From Mytilus edulis (Eukaryota): 64,000 bases of DNA. The notes beneath the pieces are model-generated. The model saw only the letters and a program-made list of their open reading frames with translations. It was not told the DNA's origin and made no database searches. Position numbers and translations under genes: made by a program. Below, piece after piece: positions 63,118-64,000 of the stretch. The DNA is taken from the NCBI RefSeq assembly GCF_963676685.1, contig NC_092347.1, positions 42,408,001-42,472,000 of the forward strand, in the 5' to 3' direction. Each line of letters starts with the position of its first letter. The stretch's first letter is position 1.

Positions 63118-63999
63118 TCATCTTGTTTCTGTAGACAGCATTTCCACAGCCTCATCAGAAAAAAGGTCGATGTCTCTTTTTTCCTCTCCATTTTTATAAA
63201 AGACTACACGGGCATAATCTGGTATCTTGGCCTGTGGTATGGTATCTTCGCGATCTGTAAATGTAACAAAAAATTCAAAACACCTGGCTTTTGTCGATTT
63301 TAGATTTAAAAATCGTTTGACGGTTTTTCGGACGAATGCTTTAATACTTGCATCTGTATACCAACTTTTTTGCTGTTGAGTCGTACCTTGAGGGTTTGTA
63401 ACATTTTCTTTTGTCACATATTGCCCGCTTGAAAATGGTAGGGCGATATCTAGGATGATCACACTGTCATGTTCAAATAGTTTTGCATCGACACTCGATT
63501 TAGGAAGTATTTCAATTTTCTTTTCCCCGATTTCGTCAATGCAGATGCTTAACAAATTCATTTCTATGTCAACAGTTTGAGAAATCCAGTTTTTCATATT
63601 GCCTATTGCAACCATCCACGGGGACATTTTTTTCTTGGACGGATCGTCCTCTTTTAAAAGGCCATCTAGGACTTGTTCTTTAAATTTTTCTTGAAATGTT
63701 TGAACAGACCTTCGAAAATGATCGATTTTGTCTTGCAGTATAGGAATATGCATAACAGCTTGCCCCGATATTAGGTCATTACATGAAACATAGATTCTTT
63801 GCAGGTCGTCAAGTGTCATTACTGCCTGTTTCATGTTTTCTTTGTTTATTGGCTGTGTAACCTTATTTGTTGGCATAACTCCTTCTTTAAGAGGATATAA
63901 CCAGATGGTCACTGGAACTGCTTCGTCCTTTTTAAGGTAGGATGGCAACTCTTTGTAGACTCGGACAGCCTCTTCATATGTCGTGGGATTAACTGGAAG
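63118..63999 (-). CDS. Stonustoxin/verrucotoxin-like (SNTX MACPF/CDC-type) protein, C-terminal portion; the 5' end lies beyond the window
   Basis: Frame is open to the window edge. LPVNPTTYEEAVRVYKELPSYL..DEAVPVTIWLYPL matches the SNTX motif P(T)TFEDAV..Y..LP...VP..VWL.PL. It is followed by a helical region and a thioredoxin-like end (FFV...VVFYKNG). Confidence 0.8.
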   Translation of the reverse strand, partial: LPVNPTTYEEAVRVYKELPSYLKKDEAVPVTIWLYPLKEGVMPTNKVTQPINKENMKQAVMTLDDLQRIYVSCNDLISGQAVMHIPILQDKIDHFRRSVQTFQEKFKEQVLDGLLKEDDPSKKKMSPWMVAIGNMKNWISQTVDIEMNLLSICIDEIGEKKIEILPKSSVDAKLFEHDSVIILDIALPFSSGQYVTKENVTNPQGTTQQQKSWYTDASIKAFVRKTVKRFLNLKSTKARCFEFFVTFTDREDTIPQAKIPDYARVVFYKNGEEKRDIDLFSDEAVEMLSTETR

Positions 64000-64000
64000 T

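Noticed and set aside
386-63303. The many 60-120-aa ORFs in spacers or antisense to TE ORFs
   Set aside because: No recognisable motifs, AT-biased composition and mostly non-ATG starts, as expected by chance. Small host exons cannot be excluded without transcripts.

Overview
AT-rich eukaryotic, repeat-dominated genomic DNA. The repeat families and the hammerhead-bearing repeat look like a marine bivalve, probably Mytilus; that is inference from recall, not a search. Left third: MITEs, a ~185/206-bp dimeric satellite (4.0-14.5 kb) whose 1.32-kb higher-order unit has captured a retroelement tail, Helentron-type (HINE) elements, a Penelope-like RT fragment inside a 39-bp direct repeat, and a 144-N gap. 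Middle: a ~9.1-kb tandem duplication (24829-33963 and 33964-48556, plus a 70-bp third start). Each unit carries a decayed single-ORF CR1-like LINE interrupted by a gag-protease-only BEL/Pao element and a Harbinger-type MITE. Unit 2 also holds a nearly intact DIRS retrotransposon (gag; RT-RNaseH-methyltransferase; tyrosine recombinase; ITRs and ICR). Right third: an RTE-X-like LINE split by a Gypsy-type element that lacks RT and integrase (1210-bp LTRs with a 26-bp minisatellite, a C2H2 ORF and a candidate structured 3' RNA), then an internally deleted MULE with a PHD finger, more HINEs, a type I hammerhead (retrozyme-like) repeat, and the 3' end of the only host-like gene, a stonustoxin/verrucotoxin-like protein on the minus strand running off the window. 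I cannot show a wholly new system. The best leads are the two RT-less gag-PR LTR elements, the candidate structured RNA, a 39-bp perfect hairpin mini-transposon, and the SNTX-like gene next to an antisense ribozyme.
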